Positions 1-10,337 of a stretch of 64,000 nucleotides of DNA are shown here, piece after piece (the stretch's first letter is position 1; every line of letters starts with the position of its first letter). The DNA comes from an uncultured Chloroflexia bacterium. GTDB taxonomy: Bacteria > Chloroflexota > Limnocylindria > Limnocylindrales > CSP1-4. The notes under the pieces are model-generated. The model saw nothing but the letters and a program-made list of their open reading frames with translations. It searched no databases and was not told where the DNA came from. The stretch lies in NCBI GenBank assembly GCA_963749705.1, contig CAVVNQ010000006.1, positions 1-64,000 on the forward strand. The letters run 5' to 3'. The translations under genes were made by a program, and so were the position numbers.

Positions 1-1024
1 CGGGCACGTAGGCACCCGGCTCCTGGATGAACGCGGTCCGGCAGCCCATGCGACAGAACGCGTAGACGACGCCCTCGTGCTCGGCGAGGTGCCGGGCGTG
101 GGCGCGATCGACGGTCATCCCGCACACCGGGTCGACGAGGACGATGTCGTCGACGGCGGGCTGGAGCGCGATGGCGGCCGCCGCCTCGCCCGCCTCGCCG
201 GCCAGCGTGGCGGGACCGGGGACGGCCACGAACGACGCCCGGCCGCGACGGACCTGGACCAGCTCGGCGAGGATCGACAGCGCGATCTCCTCGGGCGTCT
301 CGGCGCCGATGTCGATCCCGGCCGGCGCGCGCAGCGCGGCCAGCCGCTCCTCCGGGACGTGTGCCTCGTCGCGCAGCCAGGCACGGACGACGCCGGCGCG
401 GGTGGGCGACGCGATCAGGCCCACGTACGAGACATCGCGCCGGAACGCGGACTCGAGCGCCTCCTCGTCCCAGATGCCCTGGGTCGCCACGACCACGTAC
501 GGCGACAGCTCCCGGTCGACCCGGGCGATCCCGGTCTCGGCCATGACGCGCTCGGCGCCCGGGAACGCGGACTCGTCCGCGACCGGGTCCCACACGGTGA
601 CGCGCCAGCCGGTCGCGCCGCCCAGCGAGGCGAGCGCGGCCACGATCGGGGTCGTCCCGGCCAGCCACAGCGACGGCGCGGGCAGATGCGGTTCCACGTA
701 GATCTCCAGGGTGCCGCCGGAATGGCAGGTCATGACGAGCTCGATCACGCCGTCGGCCCTGCGGCCTTCGGCGGGGGCCGACTTCGACAGCCGCAGCAGC
801 CGCGGCTGGCCGTCGACGAGCGAGCGCAGCGCCTCGCGCACGACGACGGGCTGGGCGCAGCTGCCGCCGACCCAGCCCTCGATCGTGCCGTCCGGATGGA
901 CGATGCCGCGGGCGCCCGGCCGGGCAGAGGTCGGCCGCTGGACCGCCACCACCGTGGCGACCGCGAACGTGCCTCCGCCCGCCTCGAGCTCCGAGATGCG
1001 GCGGAACAGGCTTCGGCCCGGCAT
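1..1024 (-). CDS. XdhC/CoxF-family Mo-cofactor insertion chaperone with C-terminal YHS/TRASH domain (3' end runs off window)
   Basis: Manual translation from ATG at 1024 gives MPGRSLFRRISELEAGGGTFAVATVV..GWVGGSCAQP..CHSGGTLEIYVEP..APAGIDIGAETPEEIALSILAE..DPVCGMTVD..YAFCRMGCRTAF. It lies directly after coxL and is absent from the ORF track because there is no stop in the window. Confidence 0.85.
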   Translation of the reverse strand, partial: MPGRSLFRRISELEAGGGTFAVATVVAVQRPTSARPGARGIVHPDGTIEGWVGGSCAQPVVVREALRSLVDGQPRLLRLSKSAPAEGRRADGVIELVMTCHSGGTLEIYVEPHLPAPSLWLAGTTPIVAALASLGGATGWRVTVWDPVADESAFPGAERVMAETGIARVDRELSPYVVVATQGIWDEEALESAFRRDVSYVGLIASPTRAGVVRAWLRDEAHVPEERLAALRAPAGIDIGAETPEEIALSILAELVQVRRGRASFVAVPGPATLAGEAGEAAAAIALQPAVDDIVLVDPVCGMTVDRAHARHLAEHEGVVYAFCRMGCRTAFIQEPGAYVP

Positions 1025-1028
1025 CGGC

Positions 1029-3400
1029 TCAGGCCACGCCCTTCTCGTGGAGGATGCGCCACACCTTCTGGGGCGTGATCGGGATGTCGATGTTGGTCAC
1101 GCCCAGGTGGGCGAGCGCATCGACGACCGCGTTGGCGATGGCCGGCGGGGCACCGACGGTCGCGGACTCCCCCACTCCCTTGGCGCCCAGCGGATGGTGC
1201 GGCGAGGGCGTGATCGTCTTCCCGGTCTCCCAGGACGGCGTCTCCATCGAGGTCGGCAGCAGGTAGTCCATGAACGTCCCGGCGAGGTTGTTGCCCTGCT
1301 CGTCGTACGAGATCTCCTCGTACAGCGAGGGGGCGAGCCCCATCGTCAGGCCGCCGTGGATCTGCCCGTCCACGATCATCGGGTTGATGATGTTGCCGCA
1401 GTCGTCGATCGCGACGAAGCGGCGGACCTTGACCTGCCCGGTTCCCTTGTCGATGTCCACGACGCAGATGTAGCTGCCGAACGGGAACGTCAGGTTGGGC
1501 GGGTCGTAGTAGTCGACCGCCTCGAGGCCCGCCTCCATCCCCTCGGGGAGGTTGGTGTAGGCCGCGAACGCGAGCTCCGCGATGGTCTTGAAGCGGTCCG
1601 GCGAGCCCGATGACGCTCCACTTGCCGTTGGACCACTCGAGGTCGTTGGGCGAGCACTCGAGCAGGTGCGCGGCGAGGTGTCGCGTCTTCTCGCGGATCT
1701 TGCGCGAGGCGATGGCGGTGGCCGCGCCGGCGACCGGCGTGGACCGCGACGCGTACGTGCCCAGGCCGTACGGCGCCGTGTCGGTGTCGCCCTCCTCGAC
1801 CTTGACCTTGGACGCCGGGATGCCCAGCTCCTCGGCCACGATCTGCGCGTAGGTCGTCTCGTGGCCCTGGCCCTGGCTCTGGACGCCGAGGCGGAGGATC
1901 GCGGAGCCGGTGGGGTGCACCCGGAGCTCCGCCGAGTCGAACATCTTGATGCCGATGATGTCGAACGTCGTGCGACGGCCCGGCGCCCACGATCTCGGTG
2001 AACGACGAGATGCCGATCCCCATCAGCTCGCCCCGGGCGCGCTTCTCGGCCTGCTCCTTGCGCAGGTCGTCGTAGCCGATCGTGTCCAGCGCCTTCTGGA
2101 GCGCCGTGTGGTAGTCGCCGGAGTCGTACTCCCAGCCCGTCGGCGTGTGGTACGGGAACTGGTCCTTGCGGATGAAGTTCTTCATCCGGAACGCGGCCGG
2201 GTCCATCCCGATCTGGCGCGCGGCCTCATCGACCAGCCGCTCGACGGTGTGGACGGCCTCGGTGACCCGGAACGAGCACCGGTAGGCGACCCCGCCGGGC
2301 GGCTTGTTGGTGTACGCGGCATCGACCTCGACGAACGCCGTGGGCATGTCGTACGAGCCGGTGATCACGTTGAACAGCCCGGCCGGGAACTTGGACGGGT
2401 CCGCGGCCGCATCGCTGTAGCCGTGGTCCGCGAGCGTCTTGACCCGAAGGCCCTTGATCGTGCCGTCGTTGTCGAGGCCCATCTCGGCATGGACGTGGTA
2501 GTCGCGGGCGAACGAGTCCGCCTGGAGGTTCTCGGACCGGTCCTCGATCCACTTGACCGGTCGGCCCAGCGTCAGCGACGCGACGATCGCGCACACGTAG
2601 CCCGGGTACACCGGCACCTTGCCGCCGAAGCCGCCGCCGATGTCGTGGGTCTTGACCCGGATCGTTGACTCCGGGACGCCCGACACCAGGCTGATGACCG
2701 TCCGATACACGTGCGGCGCCTGGCTGGTGACGTGGAAGTCGAGGTGTGCATTGACCGGGTCGTAGTCCGCGATGCAGCCGCAGGTCTCGATCGAGGCCAC
2801 GTGGATGCGCGGGATGTACACGTCGATCGGGACGATCCGGTCGGCCGCGGCGAGCGCCTCGTCGGTGGCGGCCCTGTCGCCGGACTCCCAGTGCCAGATG
2901 TGGTTGTTCTGCTTGTCCTCGCCGCGATCCGGCCGGAGCACGGGTGCGTCGGGCTCGAGCGCCTTGAACGGGTCGACGACGACGGGCAGCGGCTCGTAGT
3001 CCACGAGCACCGCCTGGATCGCGTCGGCCGCCTGGTAGCGGGTCTCGGCGATGACCGCCGCGACCTCCTGGCTCTGGTACATCACGGTGTCGACCGGCAG
3101 CACCATCTGCTTGTCGCCGGCGAGGGTCGGCATCCAGTGGAGGCCGGCCTTCTCGAGGTCCTTGCCCGTGATCACGGCCAGCACGCCGGGCATGGCGAGC
3201 GCCTCGCTCGCGTCGATGGACTTGATCGTCGCGTGCGCGTACGGGCTGCGGACGATGTCCATCCACACCATGTTGGGCAGGACGACATCCTCGATGTACT
3301 CGCCCTGGCCCCGGATGAAGCGCGGATCCTCCTTGCGCTTCATGGAATGGCCCATCCCCGAGACCTCGGGGGTTGTCGTGGTTGCCTGCGCCTCGGTCAT
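1029..3400 (-). CDS. coxL: Form I aerobic CO dehydrogenase large subunit (two apparent single-base frameshifts, ~1966 and ~1607)
   Basis: Three ORF pieces (1490..3400, 745..1944, 1029..1538) join into one CoxL. The active-site loop reads KPPGGVAYRCSFRVTEA and the C-terminus GAKGVGESATVG. Order is coxM-S-L. Confidence 0.93.
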
Positions 3401-3418
3401 CGTCGTCTCCTTCCGGGC

Positions 3419-3928
3419 TCAGGCCGGCGCCGCGCCGGCGGCTTCGGGCTCGGGCACCGCCCGGAGCTCCGCCGCCGCCTGCTGGACCGCCTTGACGATG
3501 TTCACGTAGCCGGTGCAGCGGCACAGGTTGCCGGCGATCCCCTCGCGGATCTCCTGCTCCGACGGATCCGGGTTCTCACCCAGGAGCCAGGCCGACTCCA
3601 TGATCATGCCCGGCGTGCAGAACCCGCACTGGAGGCCGTGCTGGTCCCAGAACGCCTGCTGGAGCGCGTGCAGCTTGCCGCCCTGCTCCATGCCCTCGAT
3701 GGTGGTCACCGATGCGCCGTCGGCCTGGACCGCGAGCATCGTGCACGACTTGGCGCTCCGCCCGTTCACATGGACCGTGCACGCGCCGCAGTTGCTGGTG
3801 TCGCAGCCGGTGTGCGTGCCGGTCAGACCGAACACGTCGCGCAGGAGGTGGACGAGCAGGAGGCGAGGCTCGACGTCGGCCTCGCGGACCGTCCCGTTGA
3901 CGGTCACCGAGATGTGCTGGGTGGTCAT
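3419..3928 (-). CDS. coxS: CO dehydrogenase small subunit (2x[2Fe-2S])
   Basis: Motifs [19 protein letters not shown] and NLCRCTGY are present. Confidence 0.93.
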   Translation of the reverse strand: MTTQHISVTVNGTVREADVEPRLLLVHLLRDVFGLTGTHTGCDTSNCGACTVHVNGRSAKSCTMLAVQADGASVTTIEGMEQGGKLHALQQAFWDQHGLQCGFCTPGMIMESAWLLGENPDPSEQEIREGIAGNLCRCTGYVNIVKAVQQAAAELRAVPEPEAAGAAPA

Positions 3929-3941
3929 CGCTCGACTCCTC

Positions 3942-4814
3942 TCACGCGCCCTGCGCCCGGGACGCGGCCAGGCCCAGGGCCCGGACCGTGATCTCGCGGA
4001 CCATCGCCAGCTTGTAGTCGGCCGGGCCGTGGCTGTCGCTCACGGGCTTCGCCTGCGCGGCGGCCGCCGAGCCCGCGGCGCGGAACGCCTCGTCGCCCGG
4101 CTGCGCCCCGACCAGCGCCTGTTCGGCATCGGTCGCCGCGAAGGGGGCGTCGCTGACCGCCGTCAGCGCGACCCCGGCGGCCGTGATCCGGCCATCGGTC
4201 CCCAGCGTCAGGACCGCCGCGGCACCGACCGTCGCGAAGTCGCCGGCCCGTCGCTCGAGCTTGACGTACGCGGATCCGGTCCGGGCCGGCGCATCCGGGA
4301 TCCGAACCTCGGTCAGCACCTCGGTCGGCTCGATGCCGGTCTGGAACGTGTCGAGGAAGAAGCCGCGTGCCGGGAGCACCCGCTCGCCGGTCGCGCTGCG
4401 GCATACGAAGGAGGCGCCCAGCGCCTGGAGCACGGCGGGCCAGTCCGAGCCCGGGTCCGCGTGCGCGCACGACCCGCCGATCGTGCCCCAGTTGCGGACC
4501 TGGGGGTCGCCGATGCCACCCGCGGCGTCGCGCATGATCGGGTGCGCCGCCGTCAGGGCGGCGTCCTCGAGGATGCTGCGGTGCGTCACGCGCCCGCCGA
4601 TCCGCCACTCGCCGCCGGTGTGGCTGATGCCGTCGAGCCCGCCGACCGCCTGGATGTCCACCAGCAGCGCCGGCTGCGCGAGCCGGAGCTTGATCAGGGG
4701 CAGCAGGCTGTAGCCGCCGGACAGGATCTTGGCCTCCCCCTCGCGATCCGTCAGGATCCGCAATGCCTCGTCCAGGTTGCCCGGACGGACGTACTCGAAC
4801 TGGCCGGGGATCAT
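3942..4814 (-). CDS. coxM: CO dehydrogenase medium (FAD) subunit
   Basis: [45 protein letters not shown]. The start was moved to ATG 4814, downstream of a GAAGGAGG RBS. Confidence 0.92.
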   Translation of the reverse strand: MIPGQFEYVRPGNLDEALRILTDREGEAKILSGGYSLLPLIKLRLAQPALLVDIQAVGGLDGISHTGGEWRIGGRVTHRSILEDAALTAAHPIMRDAAGGIGDPQVRNWGTIGGSCAHADPGSDWPAVLQALGASFVCRSATGERVLPARGFFLDTFQTGIEPTEVLTEVRIPDAPARTGSAYVKLERRAGDFATVGAAAVLTLGTDGRITAAGVALTAVSDAPFAATDAEQALVGAQPGDEAFRAAGSAAAAQAKPVSDSHGPADYKLAMVREITVRALGLAASRAQGA

Positions 4815-4967
4815 GCGCTGCCAACCCTCCTTCCCGCACGCAGGGTGCGGAACCGATGTCGGGCCCGCCCGCTCGAGTGGACGGACTCGGCGTTGCCTCT
4901 GGACGATCGGGTTGCGGCGGGGCCGGTGGCCGGGCCGCACTGGGGACATGGGTGATGGCGAAACCGA

Positions 4968-4997
4968 AGTATCTCCGCGGCTCCGGAGCACCGTCAA
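4968..4997 (-). promoter_or_regulatory. Candidate sigma70 promoter of coxMSL
   Basis: Minus strand reads TTGACG-18 nt-GATACT, bracketed by an inverted repeat CGAAACC..GGTTTCG (4959-5018). Confidence 0.3.
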
Positions 4998-5119
4998 CCG
5001 GGATACGTCAAGGTTTCGGTTGGCGGATCTTCACCTCGCCTCCGCGCGTCGGCGGGCCGGCCGCCGAGGTGCGCGTTCGGGCGCCGCGCGGAGCGGCGCG
5101 TTCGGGTCCCGCGCGCGCT

Positions 5120-5260
5120 GATCGCTGGGAGCGAACGCTTTCGGGGCCAAGGTCGCCATCCGGGTCTCCACGGCGCCGAACCATCGCTCGCGGCGATCAT
5201 CGCGCTCGCTACGGCCGGGATCGCCGATCCCCGACTCGAAGGTGATCGCTCGGAGCGATG
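5120..5260. repeat. Family-3 palindromic element: three SATCGCT-N3-RGCGAWS boxes at exact 62-bp period
   Basis: Boxes are gatcgctgggagcgaac (5120), catcgctcgcggcgatc (5182) and gatcgctcggagcgatg (5244). Confidence 0.7.
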
Positions 5261-5359
5261 AACCGCGCGCGATCTCAGGCCGATCGATGAGGTCCGGGCC
5301 GCGATCGCCGGGAGCCCGGCGGGCTCCCGCAGGTTCGGTCGACGCGGGTCGTCCCCCTG

Positions 5360-5526
5360 CCTGCCATCTGTCCACTATGTGAGCACTAGCCAGCGGGTCC
5401 GCAGCCCGAAGGACTTCGGAGGCCTTCGAAGTGCCGATAACGCCCGGCATATGGACAATTGACCGGCACGGCCCCGGGAACGCGGGTTCGGCTATGGCTA
5501 GTGCTCGCTGGGCGGGCATTTGGCAG
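5360..5526. repeat. Family-2 palindromic element, solo copy
   Basis: Three 7-N3-7 boxes at 5369, 5441 and 5502. The left end cctgccatctgtccactatgtgagcactagccagcgggtccgc aligns with 62718 cctgacatccgcccgcagcatggacactagccagcgtgtccgc, and the ends are inverted repeats. Confidence 0.75.
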
Positions 5527-5530
5527 CCGG

Positions 5531-5597
5531 GCGATGGTCGCGGGGCGGACGATGGTCGCGGGGCGGGGCGATGCGCGGGGCGTGGCGATGGTCGCGG
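5531..5597. repeat. Short tandem repeat (~18-bp cgatggtcgcggggcgg, 3-4 degenerate units)
   Basis: Read directly from the sequence. It abuts the family-2 element. Confidence 0.7.
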
Positions 5598-5599
5598 CG

Positions 5600-6460
5600 T
5601 CAGCCCCCGCGGGGGTGCCAGGTGACGATGCCGACCGAACCCGCCGGCCGATCGGCCAGCGTCCAGCCGCCGTCGCGGAGCACGATCCGGTCCGGGATCG
5701 AGGCTCGGAACGCACGGTCGCGCTCGCCGTCCTCGGCGATGAACAGCTGGCGGCGGAGGAACGCGGTCAGCGCGTCGACGGACTCGAACGTCCGGGCGGC
5801 GCGCGCCACCATGACCACGTCGGTCTTGCGGCCGCGCGCATGGAGCGTATCGAGCAGCTCCGGGAGCGCCGGCAGCGGCACGCGCGACTCCCCGTGGACG
5901 ACCGGCCAGAACGGGTCGGCGACGGATGCCGGGCTGCGATCCGTGAGCACCGCGACGCAACGGTCGCGGGTCGCGGTCTCCATCGCATCGAGGAACGGGC
6001 CGATCTCCTCGATGTCATAGCCAACGTGCGCGATCAGCGAGACGTCGGCCACGGGCGGGCGGCCGATCAGGTCGAGCGCTGCCGGCCACGCGCCGGCGAT
6101 GACGCGGATGCTGGCGATCCCGTGCTCGGCGATGCCGGTCCGCAGCGCCCGGCGCATGCCGGGCGACGGCTCGACCGCGATCAGGCGCTTGACGATGAGC
6201 GCAAGCGGGAGCGCGTAGCGGCCCGCGCCGGCCCCGATGTCCAGCCACGTCTCGTCGCTCCCGGCCATCGAGCGAAGCACCTCGAGGGTCGGCTCGCCCG
6301 TGCGGCGCGGATCGGCGACGAACAGGGCCGATACCGGGGCGTAGAAGTCGCCCGACGGGACCTCGCGGACGCGCTCGGCCTGCTCGCGGTTCGCGCGCAC
6401 GCGGGCCGCCCAGGCATCCTCGAGCGCCCGCGCGGCGGCGGGGCTGTCGCCGATGGTCAT
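5600..6460 (-). CDS. Class I SAM-dependent methyltransferase
   Basis: Motif I WLDIGAGAGRYA is followed by AVEPSPGM. Start ATG 6460. Confidence 0.8.
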   Translation of the reverse strand: MTIGDSPAAARALEDAWAARVRANREQAERVREVPSGDFYAPVSALFVADPRRTGEPTLEVLRSMAGSDETWLDIGAGAGRYALPLALIVKRLIAVEPSPGMRRALRTGIAEHGIASIRVIAGAWPAALDLIGRPPVADVSLIAHVGYDIEEIGPFLDAMETATRDRCVAVLTDRSPASVADPFWPVVHGESRVPLPALPELLDTLHARGRKTDVVMVARAARTFESVDALTAFLRRQLFIAEDGERDRAFRASIPDRIVLRDGGWTLADRPAGSVGIVTWHPRGG

Positions 6461-6479
6461 GGCCGGGTCCCCCGGCACA

Positions 6480-7079
6480 TCACGACAGCCCCTGGCGAAG
6501 CGTCGCCCGCGCGAGGTCGGCCGGGGTGTCGATGTCCGGGTTGCGGCCATCCACCGCCACCTGCCCCACCAGCTCCGGCCGTTGCGCGAGCAGCGGCCCC
6601 ACGCCGCGGTCCCCGTCGAGGCCCGCGGCGAGCGCCCATGCGGACCGACGGATGAGCACCGGGTTCGGGGCGTCGTCGTCCGCGTAGCGGGCCCGGATGA
6701 TCGGTTGGGGGGCGTCTGCCGCGGCGGCGATGACGGCACGGATCACAGCCGGACGCACGGACGGCTGGTCGCCCAGGACCACGATCACCGCCTCGGCCAG
6801 GGGATCCTCTGCGGCGGCATCGAGCCCCACCCGGAGCGAGCTCGACAGCCCGTCCTGCGGCCGCGGGTTGACGGCCCGACGCTCGCCCTGCCAGGCGATC
6901 CCCGCCTCGATCGCAGCGACGCCATCGCCCAGCACCACCACGACATCATCGACCGGCGATGCCGCCACCGCATCGAGCACGTGCTGGAGGACGGGCCGGC
7001 CAGCGAGCGGGGCGAGCAGCTTGGGCGATCCGAAGCGGCGACTCGCACCGGCGGCAAGGACGATGGCGACGACCCTCAC
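6480..7079 (-). CDS. mocA: Molybdenum cofactor cytidylyltransferase (MocA-like NTP transferase)
   Basis: VLAAGASRRFGSPKLLA..LGDQP..DIDTPADL. The GTG start overlaps the xdhC stop (GTGA). Confidence 0.85.
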   Translation of the reverse strand: MRVVAIVLAAGASRRFGSPKLLAPLAGRPVLQHVLDAVAASPVDDVVVVLGDGVAAIEAGIAWQGERRAVNPRPQDGLSSSLRVGLDAAAEDPLAEAVIVVLGDQPSVRPAVIRAVIAAAADAPQPIIRARYADDDAPNPVLIRRSAWALAAGLDGDRGVGPLLAQRPELVGQVAVDGRNPDIDTPADLARATLRQGLS

Positions 7080-8199
7080 GCGCCGGCCGCCTCGCGCGCG
7101 CGGGCGAGCTCCCGCATCGGGCGTCCAGTGCCGGCCCTTCGTTCCGAGACCACCTCGGCCAGGATCGCGAGCGCCGTCTCGCGCCGGCAGCCGACCGCCG
7201 AGGTCGAGCCCGATCGGCCCGCGAAGCCGATCCAGCGCCTCCGGCGCGACCCCCGCCTCGAGCAGCCGCGCCCGTCGATCGGCCTGCGTCTTGCGCGACC
7301 CGACCGCCCCGACGTACCGGCAGCCGCGGGCAAGCGCGGCGATGATCGCCGGCTCATCGAACTTCACATCGTGCGTGAGCACCGCCACCGCATCGGCCGG
7401 CCCCAGCCCGATCTCGTCCGCCACCTCGTCCGGCCAGCCCACGATCAGCCGGTCCACGTCCGGGAATCGGGCCTCGGTCGCGAACGCCGCGCGACCGTCG
7501 ATCACCACCGTCTCGTAGCCCAGCTCCTTCGCCAGCCGGACCAGCGTTCGGGAGACCTCGACCGCGCCGACGACGACGAGCCGGGGCCGGACCGGGTACG
7601 CCTCGATGAACAGCTGGCGGCCGCCGATCTCCACCGTTCGCGACACGCCCTGGGTCAGCGCCGACGTCCCCGCCTCGACCAGCGCCGCGTCGAGCGCGGG
7701 ATCCCCCAGCGAACCCTCGAGCCGCCCGTCATCGTGGACCACCAGCGGTGCAGCGGGCTCGCTCCCCTGCCCCGGCTGGTGGGCGCCAAAGGTCGCGGGC
7801 GGCGCGTCCGCGGGCAGGACTCGTCACGATCGCGCGCCCGTCGCCCTGGCCGTCGCGCGTCTCGCGGGCGGCCGCCGCGGCTGCATCGGGCACCTGCGGC
7901 GAGATCAGCACGTCGATCGTGCCGCCGCACGCGAGGCCCACGTCCCACGCCTGCTCGTCGCTGATCCCGTAGCGGATGACGCGCTCGCGACCGGCCTTGC
8001 GCGCGGCCAGGATCTCCTCGGCAGCCGCACCCTCGACGCAGCCTCCGGACACCGACCCGGCCAGCCGACCGTCATCGGTCACCAGGAGCACGGCACCCTC
8101 GGGTCGCGGCGCGCTGCCGAACGTCCGGACCACGACCGCGCGGCCCACGCCGGCGCCCTCGGCCCGCCAGCCGTCCAGCGCGTCCATGAGCTCCTGCAT
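7076..8199 (-). CDS. XdhC/CoxI family protein (apparent frameshifts ~7820 and ~7185)
   Basis: GSAPRPEGA..GSVSGGCVEG..VGLACGGTIDV; RLVVVGAVEVS..THDVKFD..YVGAVGSRK..GPIGLDLG; ETALAILAEVV. The pieces lie in three frames. Confidence 0.85.
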
Positions 8200-8270
8200 G
8201 TCGGGTCCTCCCGTGCGTGTCTTCGTGGTCGGCCGCGCGCGACCGGGTTGCCCGCGCGCTGCCTCCGTTC

Positions 8271-9668
8271 CTATCTGAGGGGCCGCGCCGCACCCGCGTT
8301 TGCGTCCCCATCGTCGAGCTCACGAGGCGGCGCCGCGTCGGGCGCGAACAGCCCCATCGACGGCGCGACCGTTGCTGCATGGGTTACGGCGGCACCGCGC
8401 CTGGCGGTTCCCTGCGATGCCCCGCCGAGCACCTCGCCCAGCCGCTCGAGCGACCCGAGCGTGCCGGCCGCGAGGAAGTCGTCGATGTACGGAAACGCGG
8501 CCTTCATTCCGGCGGCCAGCGGCTGGTAGCCCGGCGCCGAGGCGAGCGGGTTGAGCCACACCAGCCGATGGCAGTTGCGGCGCAGCCGGGCGGTCTCGGC
8601 GGCGACGAGCGCCGGATCGCCGCGATCCCAGCCGTCGGACACGACGATGACGACGCCCGATGTCCGCAGCGTCCGGCGTGCCCAGCGATGGTTGAACTCG
8701 CGGAACGACTCCCCGATCCGCGTCCCGCCGGCCCAGTCGTTGACCGAGTCCGCGACCCGCTCCAGCGCGCGATCACGGTTGCGGTCCTTGAGCAGCCGGG
8801 TGACGCGGGTCAGCCGTGTCCCGAACACGAACGACTCCGTGCGGACCTCGTTCGTCCTTGCGAGCGCCTGGATGAACCGCAGCAGCAGGCGGGAATGGCG
8901 CTCCATCGAGCCCGAGATGTCGCACAGCACGACGAGCTGGCGCGGCTCGCGGACCTGGCGGCGCCACACCCACTCGGTCAGCTCGCCCGTCGCCAGGTTG
9001 CGCCGGAACATCGCCCGCGCCGCGAGACGGCGACCGTGCGGGTGAAGCTCGTGGCGCCGGGTCTTGCGACGCTCCAGCTTCGGACGAAGGAGATCGACGA
9101 ACCGCTCGGCGTCGCGCAGCTCCGCGGCGGTCATGCGGTCGAAGTCGCGGTGACGGAGCACCTCACCGCGGGAATAGGCGTCGGGCGAGATCGTCACCCC
9201 TTCGAGCTCAGCGCCCTCGTCCGCGTCAGCCGCGATCTGGACGCCGACCTGGGCGAGCTCGGTCATCGTGGCCTGGCGACCGTCGGCCAGCTCGTCGGCG
9301 GCACCGGGCTCGCCCTCTTCTCGATCCGCATCGGGGGCGGCATTGGGATCGATCCGCGACATCGCCAGCTGCCGGCCGCGGCGCCGCCAGAACAGGTCGA
9401 ACACGCGGTCGTAGACGACGCGATCGTCGCGGCGGCGGACGAACAGCGCGGCACCGGTGTCCTTGACCGTCCCGCGCTCGCCCAGCTCGACCATGCCCAG
9501 CGCCCGAGCGAAGTCGATCGCGGCGCCCATGTCGACCGCGAGCCCGGCGGAGCGCAGCGCCCGCCCGAAGCCGACCGCCTCCGCGAGCAGCCGGCGCCCG
9601 TCGATGGCCTCGCCGGTGGGGGCGATCAGGATCGGGGCGCGGTCGATGGGGGCGTGGTCGGGGACCAT
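8271..9668 (-). CDS. coxE: CoxE-like VWA-domain protein
   Basis: MIDAS motif LCDISGSMERHS, plus WAGGTRIGES, VVSDGWDRG and LVWLNPL. Confidence 0.88.
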   Translation of the reverse strand: MVPDHAPIDRAPILIAPTGEAIDGRRLLAEAVGFGRALRSAGLAVDMGAAIDFARALGMVELGERGTVKDTGAALFVRRRDDRVVYDRVFDLFWRRRGRQLAMSRIDPNAAPDADREEGEPGAADELADGRQATMTELAQVGVQIAADADEGAELEGVTISPDAYSRGEVLRHRDFDRMTAAELRDAERFVDLLRPKLERRKTRRHELHPHGRRLAARAMFRRNLATGELTEWVWRRQVREPRQLVVLCDISGSMERHSRLLLRFIQALARTNEVRTESFVFGTRLTRVTRLLKDRNRDRALERVADSVNDWAGGTRIGESFREFNHRWARRTLRTSGVVIVVSDGWDRGDPALVAAETARLRRNCHRLVWLNPLASAPGYQPLAAGMKAAFPYIDDFLAAGTLGSLERLGEVLGGASQGTARRGAAVTHAATVAPSMGLFAPDAAPPRELDDGDANAGAARPLR

Positions 9669-9762
9669 GGCGCAAGGGTAGTCCAGCCGGGCGCAAGGGT
9701 CCCCCTCCGGTCGATTGCCGCCTCGGGCCGCCTCCCGTCGCCCCCGTCGCCCCGTCGCCCGG

Positions 9763-9875
9763 TGACTCACGTGGCGCGTCATCCTTGGGCGTATCGGCCA
9801 GCCAGGCGCCGATTTGGGTCCCAGGTGGGGCGCTGGCCCCAGCCGGGGTGCCGATCTGATGCACCGGGTGAGTCG
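9763..9875 (+). repeat. Family-1 palindromic element, solo copy A
   Basis: TGACTCACgtgGCGCGTCA ... GCCCCAGCCG-N6-CGATC TGATGCACcggGTGAGTCG. Box starts are 94 bp apart, and it is gap-free colinear with the copy at 20341. Confidence 0.8.
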
Positions 9876-9919
9876 GGGCGCAGGGCGGCGGGGCGTGGGT
9901 GCCGCGGCGGGCGCGCTGC

Positions 9920-10300
9920 CTAGCGGGACACGCGTTGACTGCGGCCGGCAGCCAGCACGACCGCGAGCGCGATCAGCGCACCAGCGGCGTCGATCCCGAC
10001 GTCCACCGGCGACGGATGCCGCCCGGCCACGAACCCCTGGTGGAGCTCGTCGGTGATCGCGTAGAGGACCGTCGCGGCGAGCGCCCACACCCACCGCCGT
10101 GGCAACCGCGTCCGGCCAAGCGCGAACCACACGAGCACCGCCAGGATCCCGAACACGCCCATGTGTCCGATCTTGCGGACCACGAGGTCGAGGTCGTCAT
10201 CGGCGACGAAGCGCAGGTTTGGCTCCGAGGACAGCGCGAAGATGACCGCGCCCCAGACGGCTGCCGGGATCCAGCTCGCGACCGCGAATCGCCGTGACAT
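9920..10300 (-). CDS. VanZ-family membrane protein
   Basis: RKIGHMGVFGIL..YAITDELHQGFVAGRHPSPVDVGID. Confidence 0.85.
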   Translation of the reverse strand: MSRRFAVASWIPAAVWGAVIFALSSEPNLRFVADDDLDLVVRKIGHMGVFGILAVLVWFALGRTRLPRRWVWALAATVLYAITDELHQGFVAGRHPSPVDVGIDAAGALIALAVVLAAGRSQRVSR

Positions 10301-10337
10301 GCGTCCACGATACGGGCTTGCGGCGAGCCGCCCCCGG

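Noticed and set aside
5120-5260. Possible mini-CRISPR array (repeats at 62-bp period)
   Set aside because: The repeats are only ~17 bp, degenerate and three in number, and no cas genes are in the window. It is treated as a palindromic element instead.
6480-7742. XdhC-MocA fusion suggested by the 420-aa ORF
   Set aside because: It arises from a frameshift at ~7185. The true XdhC C-terminus (ETALAILAEVV..) ends at 7076 and overlaps a separate mocA GTG start.
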